NCBI GenBank assembly: GCA_963713975.1
Contig: OY970218.1
Coordinates: 2,432,001-2,496,000 of the forward strand
Source of the DNA: an uncultured Chloroflexia bacterium
GTDB taxonomy: Bacteria; Chloroflexota; Limnocylindria; Limnocylindrales; CSP1-4
Direction: 5' to 3'
Length of the DNA: 64,000 nucleotides
Under the pieces are notes generated by a model. It saw only the letters and a list, made by a program, of their open reading frames with translations, was not told the origin of the DNA and did not search any database. The translations under genes were made by a program, and so were the position numbers. Below are positions 50,182 through 59,322 of the stretch, one piece after another. Position 1 is the stretch's first letter; each line of letters begins with the position of its first letter.

Positions 50182-51609
50182 TCAGAACGACAGAAGCATC
50201 TGCCAGATGAACATCGCGCCCTTGGCGTCCGCCGCCTCCCAGACCCGTCGGGCCAGGTCCTCGCTGCCCAGGATCGGCCCCACGAGCTCCGCCTTGTGCT
50301 CCTCCCACGGGACGCACACGCCCGGCTGGCGCCCGGTCACGGCGGGGAAGCCGGCGGTGGCCTCAATCGTCGTTGGCGCCACCCGCAGCGGCTCGGGCGC
50401 CGCGTCCGGCGCGTCGTAGTCCCCGAACTCGCGCGTCGCCTCGACCATCGCCCGCATGTTCTCGGGCGTCGTGTCGTTCTGCATGATGGCGCTGGCGTCC
50501 ATGATGAAGCCGCCGTCCCGGCCGACCGTGTCGATGAGCGTCCGCACCTCCGCGCGCACCTGGTCGGGGGTGCCAAAGGCCAGGGTGACGTTGCTGACGC
50601 CGCCGCTCAGCGCGAACTTGTCGTGGAGCTTGCGATGGGTCAGCAGCGGCGTGCCGCGGTCCATGTGGTAGACGATGCTGCGGTCCGGCAGCTCCCGGAA
50701 GGCGTCGAGGTGCGCATCCCAGTTGCCCTCCGCATAGAACATGGTCTGGTGGCCGTTGCGCCACAGCTCCTCGATCACGGGCTTGACCGTCGGCCAGTAG
50801 TGCGAGGTGAACTGGTCCGGGCGGACGAACGGCACGCAGCCCCGGTGCATCCAGTAGCCGATCGGCAGCTGTGACGCCGGATCCGCGGTCGTGGATGCCA
50901 GCCAGTAGAGGTGCGGCATCAGGGCCTCGCAGGCCCTGAGCACCTTCTCGGGCTGCGAGTACATGTCCATCGTCAGCCCGATGTACCCGCGCAGCTTGTC
51001 GGCGAGGATGTCGAACGGCGCCTTGAAGATGCCCGTCAGCGCGCCCGGCATGCCCGCCTCACTGCGCATCCGTGCCGTGTGCGGGCCGAAGTCGTTGAAG
51101 TACTGCGTCATGGCCATCGCGGACGACACGAGAGCCACGTTGTGGCCCAGGGTCACCGGGTCGCCTGCGGCCGCGATCCTGCCGCTTGCCCGCGGCAGCC
51201 AGACCTCGTAGAGGAAGGCGAGCGGGTCGTCGATCAGCCGGTCGTACTCGTCCTCGCGCATGAAGGACTCGTCCTCGGGAGGCTCGAGGTACTGGAAGCC
51301 GTGGTTCGGAGGCACGTCGACGCCCGGCACGCCGTAGTAGCGCACGCCGGCTGCGTCCGTGATGCCCGTCCAGACGTAGACCATGCTCGCCGGCACCGCG
51401 TCCCAGTCGAAGTCCCGACAGCACTGGATCATGGCCTCGAATGCGTCGGGGTAGTGCTGCGTCAGCTGCTGGCAGGTGAAGCCGGCGTGGCGCCCGGTGA
51501 ACTCCGCCACCAGCGGCCGGATCGGGACGCGATCCGGCTTCCGGTTGTCGAGCGCGGTCACGAAACGACGCAACCGCGCCTGGTACAGCGTCTCGAGATC
51601 CTCGCTCAC
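50182..51609 (-). CDS. Uroporphyrinogen decarboxylase (URO-D/MtaA) superfamily protein
   Basis: KPDRVPI N-terminus; GGVSN..LAFGTPDQVRAEV...GGFIM C-terminal motif. Confidence 0.8.
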   Translation of the reverse strand: MSEDLETLYQARLRRFVTALDNRKPDRVPIRPLVAEFTGRHAGFTCQQLTQHYPDAFEAMIQCCRDFDWDAVPASMVYVWTGITDAAGVRYYGVPGVDVPPNHGFQYLEPPEDESFMREDEYDRLIDDPLAFLYEVWLPRASGRIAAAGDPVTLGHNVALVSSAMAMTQYFNDFGPHTARMRSEAGMPGALTGIFKAPFDILADKLRGYIGLTMDMYSQPEKVLRACEALMPHLYWLASTTADPASQLPIGYWMHRGCVPFVRPDQFTSHYWPTVKPVIEELWRNGHQTMFYAEGNWDAHLDAFRELPDRSIVYHMDRGTPLLTHRKLHDKFALSGGVSNVTLAFGTPDQVRAEVRTLIDTVGRDGGFIMDASAIMQNDTTPENMRAMVEATREFGDYDAPDAAPEPLRVAPTTIEATAGFPAVTGRQPGVCVPWEEHKAELVGPILGSEDLARRVWEAADAKGAMFIWQMLLSF

Positions 51610-52970
51610 CCGAACAGTGCCTCCACCGCCTCGCGGAACACCTCGGTGTGGCGGTCCACGTCCGCCTCGGTCGTGGCGGGCGACATCAGGGCCATGTTGT
51701 GGAACGGCGTCATCAGCACGCCCCGGTTCATCGCCCAGAGGTGGAGGAACCGCTCCAGCTCCGGATCCCCCGCGGCCGCCTGCTCAGAGCCCGTCCGTGG
51801 CGGCACCGGCAGGAAGTGGTACTCGGCCCGCGCCCCCAGCCTGGTCACGTGCCACGGGACATCGCCAGCCCGCAGGACATCGTTGACGCCCGCCTCGAAC
51901 CGCTCGGCGAGCGGGATCATGCGGGCGAACGCCTCGTCGGTGAGGACCTCGGTCAGTGTCGCCCGGATGGCGGCCAGCGAGAGGGCGTTGCCGGCCAGCG
52001 TTCCGCCGATCCCGCCGACGTCGGAGTCCTCGCGCTCGATGCTGTCGTGGACCCGCTGCGCGACGGCCTCCGTGAACCCGTACGCGGCCGCCGGGATCCC
52101 GCCGCCGATCGTCTTGCCGATCGTCAGGAAGTCCGGCTGCAGGCCGTGGAAACCCGTGTACCCACCGGGTCCGGCGCAGATGGTGTGGGTCTCGTCGTTG
52201 ATGAGCAGGGTGCCGTAGCGGCGGGTGAGCTCTCGTACCGCCTCATGGTAGCCGGGCTCGGGTAGGACGATGCCGACATTTGTCAGGGCGGGCTCGAACA
52301 GTGCCGCCGCCACGTCGCCCTTGGCAAGCTCCCGCTCCAGCCCCTCGAGGTCGTTGATCTCGACGACGCGCGTCGTCTCCGCCAGCGCCACCGGCTTGCC
52401 GATGTTGCCGCGCCGCTCGAGCGCCTCGCCGTCCGGTCCGATGACGGCGAACGTCTCGTCCACGGAGCCGTGGTAGCAGTGGTTGTGGACCAGGATCTTC
52501 GAGCGACCCGTGATGTGCCGCGCGAGCCGGATGACGAACCGGTTCGCGTCGGTGGCGGTGAGGGTGAACTGCCAGTAGCGCAGCCCGAACCGACGCCGCA
52601 GCTCGTCACCGGCGATGGCCGCGTCCTCGGTCGGGAGCATGTGGGTGATCCCGCGGCGCATCTGGCGTTCGACGGCGCGGATCGTCGCCTCGGGTCCGTG
52701 CCCTGCCATCGCGCCGGTGTCGCCCAGGCAGAAGTCCACGTACTCGTGGCCGTCCACGTCCGTGAAGCGCGCGCCGGACGCCTCGTCCACGAACAGCGGG
52801 TAGGGGCCCGCCCACTTGACCATCCAGTTCATCGGGACGCCGTCGAGGAGCGAGCCCTTGGCCCGCTCGAACAGCTCCAGGGAATGCGGGTTGGCGGCTC
52901 CGAAGGCGGCCATCTCGGTTGCCATCAGCCGCTCGAGGCGGGACCGGTCCATCGTCGTGCCGCTGGTCAT
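51606..52970 (-). CDS. Class III PLP aminotransferase (GSA-aminomutase-like)
   Basis: GVPMNWM, DVDGHEYVD, YHG, LLINDETH, IGKTIGGG and GGTLAGN motifs. Confidence 0.9.
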   Translation of the reverse strand: MTSGTTMDRSRLERLMATEMAAFGAANPHSLELFERAKGSLLDGVPMNWMVKWAGPYPLFVDEASGARFTDVDGHEYVDFCLGDTGAMAGHGPEATIRAVERQMRRGITHMLPTEDAAIAGDELRRRFGLRYWQFTLTATDANRFVIRLARHITGRSKILVHNHCYHGSVDETFAVIGPDGEALERRGNIGKPVALAETTRVVEINDLEGLERELAKGDVAAALFEPALTNVGIVLPEPGYHEAVRELTRRYGTLLINDETHTICAGPGGYTGFHGLQPDFLTIGKTIGGGIPAAAYGFTEAVAQRVHDSIEREDSDVGGIGGTLAGNALSLAAIRATLTEVLTDEAFARMIPLAERFEAGVNDVLRAGDVPWHVTRLGARAEYHFLPVPPRTGSEQAAAGDPELERFLHLWAMNRGVLMTPFHNMALMSPATTEADVDRHTEVFREAVEALFG

Positions 52971-53072
52971 CGTGGGCCTCCTTGCCGGCCGGAGTAGACC
53001 GGTCGCGCAGCTCGTGCCGATGATGATGCCGGGTCGGGACCACCCGCGCGCACCCGTCGCGTGGCGTGGAAG

Positions 53073-53105
53073 CGCCCCGGACCGGGCGTGGGCCGGTCCG
53101 GGGCG
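53073..53105 (-). terminator. Hairpin terminator downstream of the DUF4397 gene
   Basis: Perfect 13-bp stem CGCCCCGGACCGG/CCGGTCCGGGGCG with a 7-nt loop; weak U-tail. Confidence 0.6.
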
Positions 53106-53130
53106 TGGAATGGGTGGAGGCGGAGGTTGG

Positions 53131-54021
53131 CTAGCGGTCGCGGGCGCCGGCCGTCGCGAAGCGGCGGGAGGCGACCACTCCGGCGATCGCGGCGATGCCT
53201 GCGAGCAGCAGGAGCGGGGCGGTGCCGGAGCCGGTGTCGCCGGCCGGTGCCACGGTGTCGGTCGCGGGCAGGTCGGTCCCGCCGCCGTTGCTGGCGCCGT
53301 TGTCGGAGTCGACGGTCGCGTCGAGCGAGCCGATCGCGAACACGCTGTAGGCCTGGCCGGCCTCGAGGTTCAGGGCGCCGGGATCGAGCGGGCAGACGCT
53401 GGTGTCGGCGGTGGCGCAGACCTTGAGGTCATAGCTGCCGGCATCAAGTGCCAGGTACGCCGTGGCGTCGGGGTAGGCGAGGTTCGAGACGACCGTGGCG
53501 CTGCCGTCCTGGGTCAGGACGTCGACCGCGGGCGTGTCGGCGGAGAGGTGGACGACGCGGGCCTGTGCCTGCTGGTCATTGGCGGCGGGCGCGTCCACGA
53601 AGACGGACGCCTTGATCGAGGCCAGGAGGTCGGAGGCGGCGACCGTGTACTTGGTGTCGGCGGCGAGGTCGAGAGCGGCGACCTCGATCGGGCAGACGGA
53701 GTTGTCGGCCGTGGCGCAGACCTTCACGGCGTAGGTGCCGGCGGGAACCTCGGCATAGTCCGAGATGTCGCCGAACGAGAGGCCGGAGAGGGCGTCCACC
53801 TTGGCGGCGCCGGCAAGGTCCGCGCCGACAAGGACGTCGACCTGGGGCGCGTCGGGTGAGCCGTGCAGGACACGGACCCACGCGCTGCCGGCGGTCGGCG
53901 TGCCGTTGTCGACGGCCACGACGGCCGTCAGGGGGGCGGGTTCGGCGGCGGCGACCGGCGCGGCGGCGCTGAGGAGGAGGGCGCCGGCACCGATGAGGCC
54001 GACGAGGCGGGAGGTTCGCAC
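53131..54021 (-). CDS. DUF4397 domain surface protein with a sortase-like C-terminal signal
   Basis: Signal peptide; two VRV(L/V)H.S.D.P.VDV repeats; LPATDT followed by a hydrophobic helix and RR tail. Confidence 0.88.
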   Translation of the reverse strand: MRTSRLVGLIGAGALLLSAAAPVAAAEPAPLTAVVAVDNGTPTAGSAWVRVLHGSPDAPQVDVLVGADLAGAAKVDALSGLSFGDISDYAEVPAGTYAVKVCATADNSVCPIEVAALDLAADTKYTVAASDLLASIKASVFVDAPAANDQQAQARVVHLSADTPAVDVLTQDGSATVVSNLAYPDATAYLALDAGSYDLKVCATADTSVCPLDPGALNLEAGQAYSVFAIGSLDATVDSDNGASNGGGTDLPATDTVAPAGDTGSGTAPLLLLAGIAAIAGVVASRRFATAGARDR

Positions 54022-54096
54022 GGGTTGTGGCTCCTGGGCAGGGGGGCTGTCCGGTCGCTCGGGTGACCGTGGGACGTCGTCGTCCTCGCCACCCAG

Positions 54097-54123
54097 TTCG
54101 ACGCTCGTCGGCAGACGGATTGG
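54097..54123 (-). promoter_or_regulatory. SigK-type ECF promoter of the DUF4397 gene
   Basis: CCAATCC-N16-CGAA on the minus strand; same architecture as 62455-62481. Confidence 0.65.
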
Positions 54124-54142
54124 TCCGGGAGGGGAATTCGAA

Positions 54143-54166
54143 CGGCCGACCCTTGCGGGCCGGCCG
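54143..54166 (-). terminator. Terminator after the small Zn-ribbon gene
   Basis: CGGCCGGCCC-GCAA-GGGTCGGCCG hairpin followed by TTCGAATT on the minus strand. Confidence 0.6.
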
Positions 54167-54226
54167 GGATGGCTCGGGCGAGAGGCAGTTGCTCCTGCCG
54201 CGGAGCCTTATGTGGTGGGCGGGCGC

Positions 54227-54415
54227 TCAGCTGAGCTTGCGGGCGTAGCCGCAGATCTCGCAGTGGGCGACGCCGCCGATCTCGTCGATGACGAGAAACG
54301 AGGTGCAGCCGTTGGTGGCGCAGTAGGGGCGGACCGCATTGAAGGATCGACGGCGCATCCGGCGCATCGAGCTGGCGCGATACGCCACGGCATTGGTGGT
54401 GGCGCGGGAGAGCAT
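54227..54415 (-). CDS. 62-aa basic Zn-ribbon small protein
   Basis: GAAAGGA SD; Arg-rich N-terminal half, then CATNGC...CEICG; has its own promoter and terminator. Confidence 0.72.
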   Translation of the reverse strand: MLSRATTNAVAYRASSMRRMRRRSFNAVRPYCATNGCTSFLVIDEIGGVAHCEICGYARKLS

Positions 54416-54583
54416 GTGAAGAGTGGTTCCTTTCCGGGCTCCGCCGTATCGGGGCGGTAGCCTTGTCGCTCCAACGGCCGGACAAACGGAGACCGGAGCG
54501 ACCTGATGTTGGGCCCGGGCGCGGCGACGGTGGCGCGTTGTTGGCGTCGACCTCGCGGCCGCGTGCAATCGGGCGATCTAGAG

Positions 54584-54612
54584 ATGATCGGGTGAACGGG
54601 CGTTCTTGTCAA
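54584..54612 (-). promoter_or_regulatory. sigma70 promoter of the small Zn-ribbon gene
   Basis: TTGACA-N17-GATCAT on the minus strand. Confidence 0.55.
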
Positions 54613-54734
54613 CTGCACCGGACCGCACCACCATGCTCCGACCGACCGGCCACCCGCGGAACCCTCGGGGCAATGATGCCGTCTGGAGGGCGGCGGCCGG
54701 AGTGCGGCGCCTGTCAACGCAGCAAGGTGATCCG

Positions 54735-55514
54735 ATGCGAGCAGTCACGATCCCGGCCCTGGCCCTCGCGGCCGCCCTGGTGCTCGCGGCCTGCGGCTCG
54801 GGAGCGGCATCGTCCTCACCGCCGGCCGACGGCATGCCCGCCGACATCGACGGCCGAACGTTCGTATCGACCGCGATCATGGGTCACGATCTCGTGCCGG
54901 GCTCCCAGGTCACGATCCGCTTCGAGGGTGGATCGATCGGCGTGTCAGCCGGCTGCAACTCCATGAGCGGCGCCTACTCGATCGTCGATGGGACGCTCAG
55001 GACCGGCTCGATGGCCACCACGGAGATGGGATGCGAGGAGCCGCTGATGGCCCAGGACGCGTGGCTCGCCGCGTTCCTGCCCGGCGCGGCGATCAAGCTC
55101 GACGGCGACGCCCTGACCCTGTCCAACGGGGACGTCACCCTCACCCTGACCGACAAGGAGGTCGCCACCCCGGACCTGCCGCTCGAGGGCACGCGCTGGG
55201 TCGTGGATGGCCTCGTGACCGGCGATGCCGTCTCCAGCGTGCCGGCCGGCGTGACCGCATCGCTCGTGTTCAGCGATGGGAAGGTCGCCGTCGAGACCGG
55301 CTGCAACAGCGGCGGCGGTGAGGCAGCCATCACGGACACGACCATCGCCTTCGGGCCGATCGCGTTGACCGAGATGGCCTGCGCCGAGCCGCAGATGCAG
55401 GTTGAGGTCCTCGTCACGCAGGTGCTGGCCGGCGAGGCCGACTACGAGATCGATGCGGACGCGCTCCGGCTCACTAACGGCCGCGTCGGCCTCACGTTGC
55501 GCGCCCAGCCCTGA
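54735..55514 (+). CDS. Tandem META-domain (HslJ-like) lipoprotein
   Basis: LAAC lipobox; two GCNS...T.M.C repeats. Confidence 0.9.
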   Translation: MRAVTIPALALAAALVLAACGSGAASSSPPADGMPADIDGRTFVSTAIMGHDLVPGSQVTIRFEGGSIGVSAGCNSMSGAYSIVDGTLRTGSMATTEMGCEEPLMAQDAWLAAFLPGAAIKLDGDALTLSNGDVTLTLTDKEVATPDLPLEGTRWVVDGLVTGDAVSSVPAGVTASLVFSDGKVAVETGCNSGGGEAAITDTTIAFGPIALTEMACAEPQMQVEVLVTQVLAGEADYEIDADALRLTNGRVGLTLRAQP

Positions 55515-55535
55515 TCCCGGGGCGGCGCCCGCCCA

Positions 55536-57098
55536 CTACGCCTCGGGCGGGTACCCCGTGATCCGCCGGATCTCCTCGTACAGCGGCCGCAGCCGCTCGT
55601 ATAGCCGCAGGTAAACGCTGCGGTAGAGGTCCTCGTACAGCGCCTGGCTGGCCGGGTCCGGCTCTCGGGTCTCGGCGACGCGCGTCATGGCCGCGACGGC
55701 CGCCTCGAAGGTCGGGTGCAGCCCCAGGCCCACGGCCGCGTCGATCGCGGCACCCAGGCCCGAGGTCTCGTGCGTGTGCGGGCGCGACGCCGGCAGCCCG
55801 AAGACGTCTGCGGTGAGCTGGATGGCCGCTGGGCTCTGTGACCCGCCACCCGACACGCGGACCTCGGTCACCGGCACCTTCGTCCGGGCGACGGTCCGCT
55901 CCATGCCCTCGCGGAGCGCGTACGCGAGCCCCTCGAGGATCGCCCGATAGAGGTGCGCCCGCGTGTGCACGTCGCCCCAGCCGATGACGGCACCCTTCGC
56001 CTCGGGCCCCGGGACCCGCACGCCCGGCGACCAGTAGGGCTGGAGCATCAGGCCCATCGACCCGGCGGGCGTCTTCGCGACCAGCTCGTCGAACAGGGTC
56101 TCCGTCTCCACGCCCAGCGCGGCCGCACGGCCGACCTCCGCGGCCCCGAACTCCCGCTTGAACCACTCGATCATCCAGTAGCCGCGAGTGACCTGGATCT
56201 CGAGGCTGTAGGCCCCGGGCACGGCGGCGGGGTACGGGGGCACGATGCGGACCACCTCGACATACCGTCGATGGGTCGTGTTGAACGTCGCCGTGGTGCC
56301 CAGCGAGATGGCGCCGATGTGGGGCTCCAGGACGCCCGATCCCAGGACCTCGCACGCCTTGTCGCCGGCCGCGGCGATCAGCGGCAGCCCGGCCGGAATC
56401 CCCGTGGCCTCGGCGGCTGTCACGCTGATCTCGCCGAGGTGCCCGCCGGGCGGCACGAGCTCCGGCAGCCAGCCTCGCTCGACGGGCATCGCCTGCCACT
56501 TCCAGTCGGTCGGCTTCGCCCAGGACAGGCCCTTGTAATCGAACGGGACGTAGCCGACCTGGGCCGCGACGGAGTCCCGGAACTCGCCGGTGAGGCGATG
56601 GACCAGGAACCCCGACAGGAACAGGTAGTGGCGGATCGCCGCCCACGTCTCAGGCTCCTGCCGCCGGATCACGTTGGCCTCGGCCTCGGCCATGAGCGTC
56701 GCGACGGTCTCGGTGGCCCCGGCGGCCTTGAAGGCGAGACCCCACCTGCCGCCGATGCGGGGCAGCCCCTCGGCGCGGCAGCGGTCGAGCCAGACCATCG
56801 CACGTCGTAGCGCGTCACCATGCTCATCTGTTACCACGATGGTCCCGCGCTGGGTGGTGAGCGCCACGCCCGCGAGGGCGTCGCGGCGGCCCTCGGGCAG
56901 CTCCCAGAGTTGGCGGCAGGCGTCGCCGATCGCCCGCCAGTACAGGTCCGGGTCCTGCTCGCAGCAGCCGGGCGGGCCCGGGACGTACGGCTCGATGGGG
57001 ACCTTGGTGCGGGCGAGGAGGTTCCCGGCCGGGTCGAAGACCATCGCCCGGACGCTCTGCGTCCCGACGTCGATCGCCAGGACCCGGTCCGCGGTCAC
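55536..57098 (-). CDS. FGGY-family carbohydrate kinase
   Basis: LAIDVGTQSVR, TTQRGT, AGDKAC, SLGT, RAILEG and SGGGSQS motifs. Confidence 0.92.
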   Translation of the reverse strand: MTADRVLAIDVGTQSVRAMVFDPAGNLLARTKVPIEPYVPGPPGCCEQDPDLYWRAIGDACRQLWELPEGRRDALAGVALTTQRGTIVVTDEHGDALRRAMVWLDRCRAEGLPRIGGRWGLAFKAAGATETVATLMAEAEANVIRRQEPETWAAIRHYLFLSGFLVHRLTGEFRDSVAAQVGYVPFDYKGLSWAKPTDWKWQAMPVERGWLPELVPPGGHLGEISVTAAEATGIPAGLPLIAAAGDKACEVLGSGVLEPHIGAISLGTTATFNTTHRRYVEVVRIVPPYPAAVPGAYSLEIQVTRGYWMIEWFKREFGAAEVGRAAALGVETETLFDELVAKTPAGSMGLMLQPYWSPGVRVPGPEAKGAVIGWGDVHTRAHLYRAILEGLAYALREGMERTVARTKVPVTEVRVSGGGSQSPAAIQLTADVFGLPASRPHTHETSGLGAAIDAAVGLGLHPTFEAAVAAMTRVAETREPDPASQALYEDLYRSVYLRLYERLRPLYEEIRRITGYPPEA

Positions 57099-58699
57099 GC
57101 GCCGCGCTCGGTGAGCAGCACGCCCGGGTTCATGATGCCCTCGGGGTCGAAGGTGCGGACCACGGCCTCGAGCGCGGCCATGCCCAGCGGCCCCTTCTCC
57201 GCGGCGAGGTACGCGGCGTGGTCGATGCCGACGCCGTGGTGGTGGGTGATGGTCGCCCCCTCGGCCGCGATGGTTGCCGACGCCGCGGCCTTGATCGCGC
57301 GCCAGCGCTCGAGCGTCTCGTCAGGGTCTGCCGCCAGCCGGAACAGGAAGGTCAGGTAGAGGCTCGACCCGGACGGGTACAGGTGCGAGAGGTGGGTGAA
57401 CACGTGGACCCGCTCTCCCCACGGCGCGAGGGCGCCCGCCACGGAGGCCTCCAGACGAGAAAGCAGCGCGGGCACGCGGAACCAGTCGGTGGCCGTCTCG
57501 AGCGTGTCCGAGCCGTAGCCCAGCGTCCACAGGGCGTTGCGCAGGTACGGCGATCGGAAGCGGGTCTTCGACCACGTGTGGGCCAGGGCCGGGATCCGGG
57601 TGCCCCCATGGGAGTGGACGATCGACCGGGCCTCGTCCCGGGCGGCCTTCGCCAGGCGTTTGCGACCCGCGACACCGAGCAGGAGCAAGGACCAGCCGCG
57701 TGGCTGGCGCCGCACCCGCAGGTAGGCCGTGAGGGCCCGGATCTGCGATGAACGATCCGCGAACGCCAGCAGGGTCCGGCTCTCGATCGGCGTTGAGAGT
57801 CGCAGGATGGACAGCGGAACCCTCGCCTGGGCGATGGCGCGGACGGCCTCCTGCCCCGCCTGCCAGCCGGGGAGCGCCCAGGCCTCGAGCTCGTCCACCT
57901 CCGCGACCGGGGTCGTCCTGAGCACCACGTCGGTGAGGATGCCCAGCCGGCCCTCCGAGCCCAGGACCAGCTGGCGCAGGTCCGGGCCGGCCGCGGAGGC
58001 GGGGAACGGCGGCATCTCCAGCGTTCCGGCCGGAGCCTCGAGGATGCCGCCGGCGAAGAGCGGCTCGATGCGGCCGTTGCCGAAGCTGCGCAGGCCCGAG
58101 CCGCGGGCCGCCACCCAGCCGCCGACCGTGGCCAGCTCGAACGACTGGGGCTCGTGGCCAACGGTGAGTCCGCGGTCGCCGAGGTGGGCCGAGAGGTCCG
58201 GCCCGGTGGTTCCAGATCCCACGGTGACGAGGCCGCTCCGCTCGTCCAGGGCGCGCACGCCCGAGAGGCCGGCGAGGTCCACGGTGATGAGCGGGTCTCG
58301 CGACGGCCTGGCCGAGACGCCACCGACCACGCTGGTGCCGCCGCCGTACGGGATCAGGCGGGCGCCGGTGGCCCGTGCATGGTCGATGAGGCGCCGCACG
58401 TCCTCGTTGGACGCGGGTCTGGCGACGGCGTCCGGCACGGCCTCGAGGCGGCCGGATCGCAGGGCGATGAGATCCGGGAATGACTGGCCGCGGGCCCGAC
58501 GCACCCGGAGCTCGGGGTCCGTTCCGAGGAGCCCGTCCACGGGCTCGAGGCGGCTCGGGGGGACGGCGGCCACGACCCCGGCAAGGGTCGCGTCGAGCGG
58601 CCCGGTCGCGGGGCCAAGGCGGTTCTCGAGGAAGCGGCGCGGCGTGACGCCGACGTGGGTGTCGTCCGCCTCGTCGCCCCAGCCGTTCCAGCGCCGCAT
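57095..58699 (-). CDS. FAD-binding oxidoreductase, alkyl-DHAP-synthase-like (VAO family)
   Basis: MRRWNGWG, PYGGGTSVVGG, GHEPQSFE, GSEGRLG and HHHGVG motifs. Confidence 0.88.
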   Translation of the reverse strand: MRRWNGWGDEADDTHVGVTPRRFLENRLGPATGPLDATLAGVVAAVPPSRLEPVDGLLGTDPELRVRRARGQSFPDLIALRSGRLEAVPDAVARPASNEDVRRLIDHARATGARLIPYGGGTSVVGGVSARPSRDPLITVDLAGLSGVRALDERSGLVTVGSGTTGPDLSAHLGDRGLTVGHEPQSFELATVGGWVAARGSGLRSFGNGRIEPLFAGGILEAPAGTLEMPPFPASAAGPDLRQLVLGSEGRLGILTDVVLRTTPVAEVDELEAWALPGWQAGQEAVRAIAQARVPLSILRLSTPIESRTLLAFADRSSQIRALTAYLRVRRQPRGWSLLLLGVAGRKRLAKAARDEARSIVHSHGGTRIPALAHTWSKTRFRSPYLRNALWTLGYGSDTLETATDWFRVPALLSRLEASVAGALAPWGERVHVFTHLSHLYPSGSSLYLTFLFRLAADPDETLERWRAIKAAASATIAAEGATITHHHGVGIDHAAYLAAEKGPLGMAALEAVVRTFDPEGIMNPGVLLTERGA

Positions 58700-58888
58700 G
58701 CACCCATCGTGCCCCAACGGCCGGCCGCGTGGGCCGCGATCCCGCGCCGCTGGGCCGTCGACCGGCTACGAGCCGGTCGCGCACGGCGGGGGCACGGTTC
58801 GAGCAGGGGAGCGAACCACCATCGCCGTCGCCGTAGTGGTGCCATAGCGGAGCGGCCACGGTGATCGCATCGCGGCCGTAGTGGCACT

Positions 58889-59041
58889 GTGCGGGGCAAG
58901 CCCAAGCACGAACTCTCGCTCGACGGGGCGATCCACCTGGGCGACCTCGAGGTCCTGCGGGAGACGGCCACCCTCTACCGGCTCTCGGGCCTCGAGGCGG
59001 CGGTCATCATCGACGAGGTCCTAGGGATGTGGGCACCTTGA
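58889..59041 (+). pseudogene. Probable C-terminal remnant of a HipA-like toxin gene
   Basis: Frame reads KPKHELSLDG...LRETATLYRLSGLEAAVIIDEV with coding-like codons, resembling the HipA C-terminal helices from memory; no upstream kinase domain. Confidence 0.4.
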
Positions 59042-59322
59042 TCGAGACAGCCCCATCCGCTCGGGACGCCTGGGTTCTGATCTGGCGCGGACTCGCGTAC
59101 CCCAGGCCCCGCCGCATCACCCGCAGTGCTAGCAGGCGGGTATCTCCGCCTCCCCGGCGCAAGAACGGCAGGTATCGACCCGCAGATCACCGTCAGTGAT
59201 GCGGCCGCGCCTATCCCGGCCTTCTGCCCGCGATCGACCGCGCCACCGTCGATTCTGGCGACCTGATAGCACTCCTGGTGATTCGCCGCGGCCCAGGTGG
59301 GGTCGACCTCGCGATCTGGCGG

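Noticed and set aside
50182-52970. Annotation as hemL-hemE of tetrapyrrole synthesis
   Set aside because: The HemE RQAGR motif and the HemL PGGVNSPVR motif are absent; only superfamily-level calls are supported.
54121-54143. Minus strand reads GTTCGAATTCCCCTCCCGGACCA, resembling a tRNA T-loop and CCA end (possible tRNA or att remnant)
   Set aside because: The T-stem cannot pair, the spacing to CCA is one base short and there is no cloverleaf. The sequence is explained by a terminator tail plus the CCAATCC ECF -35.
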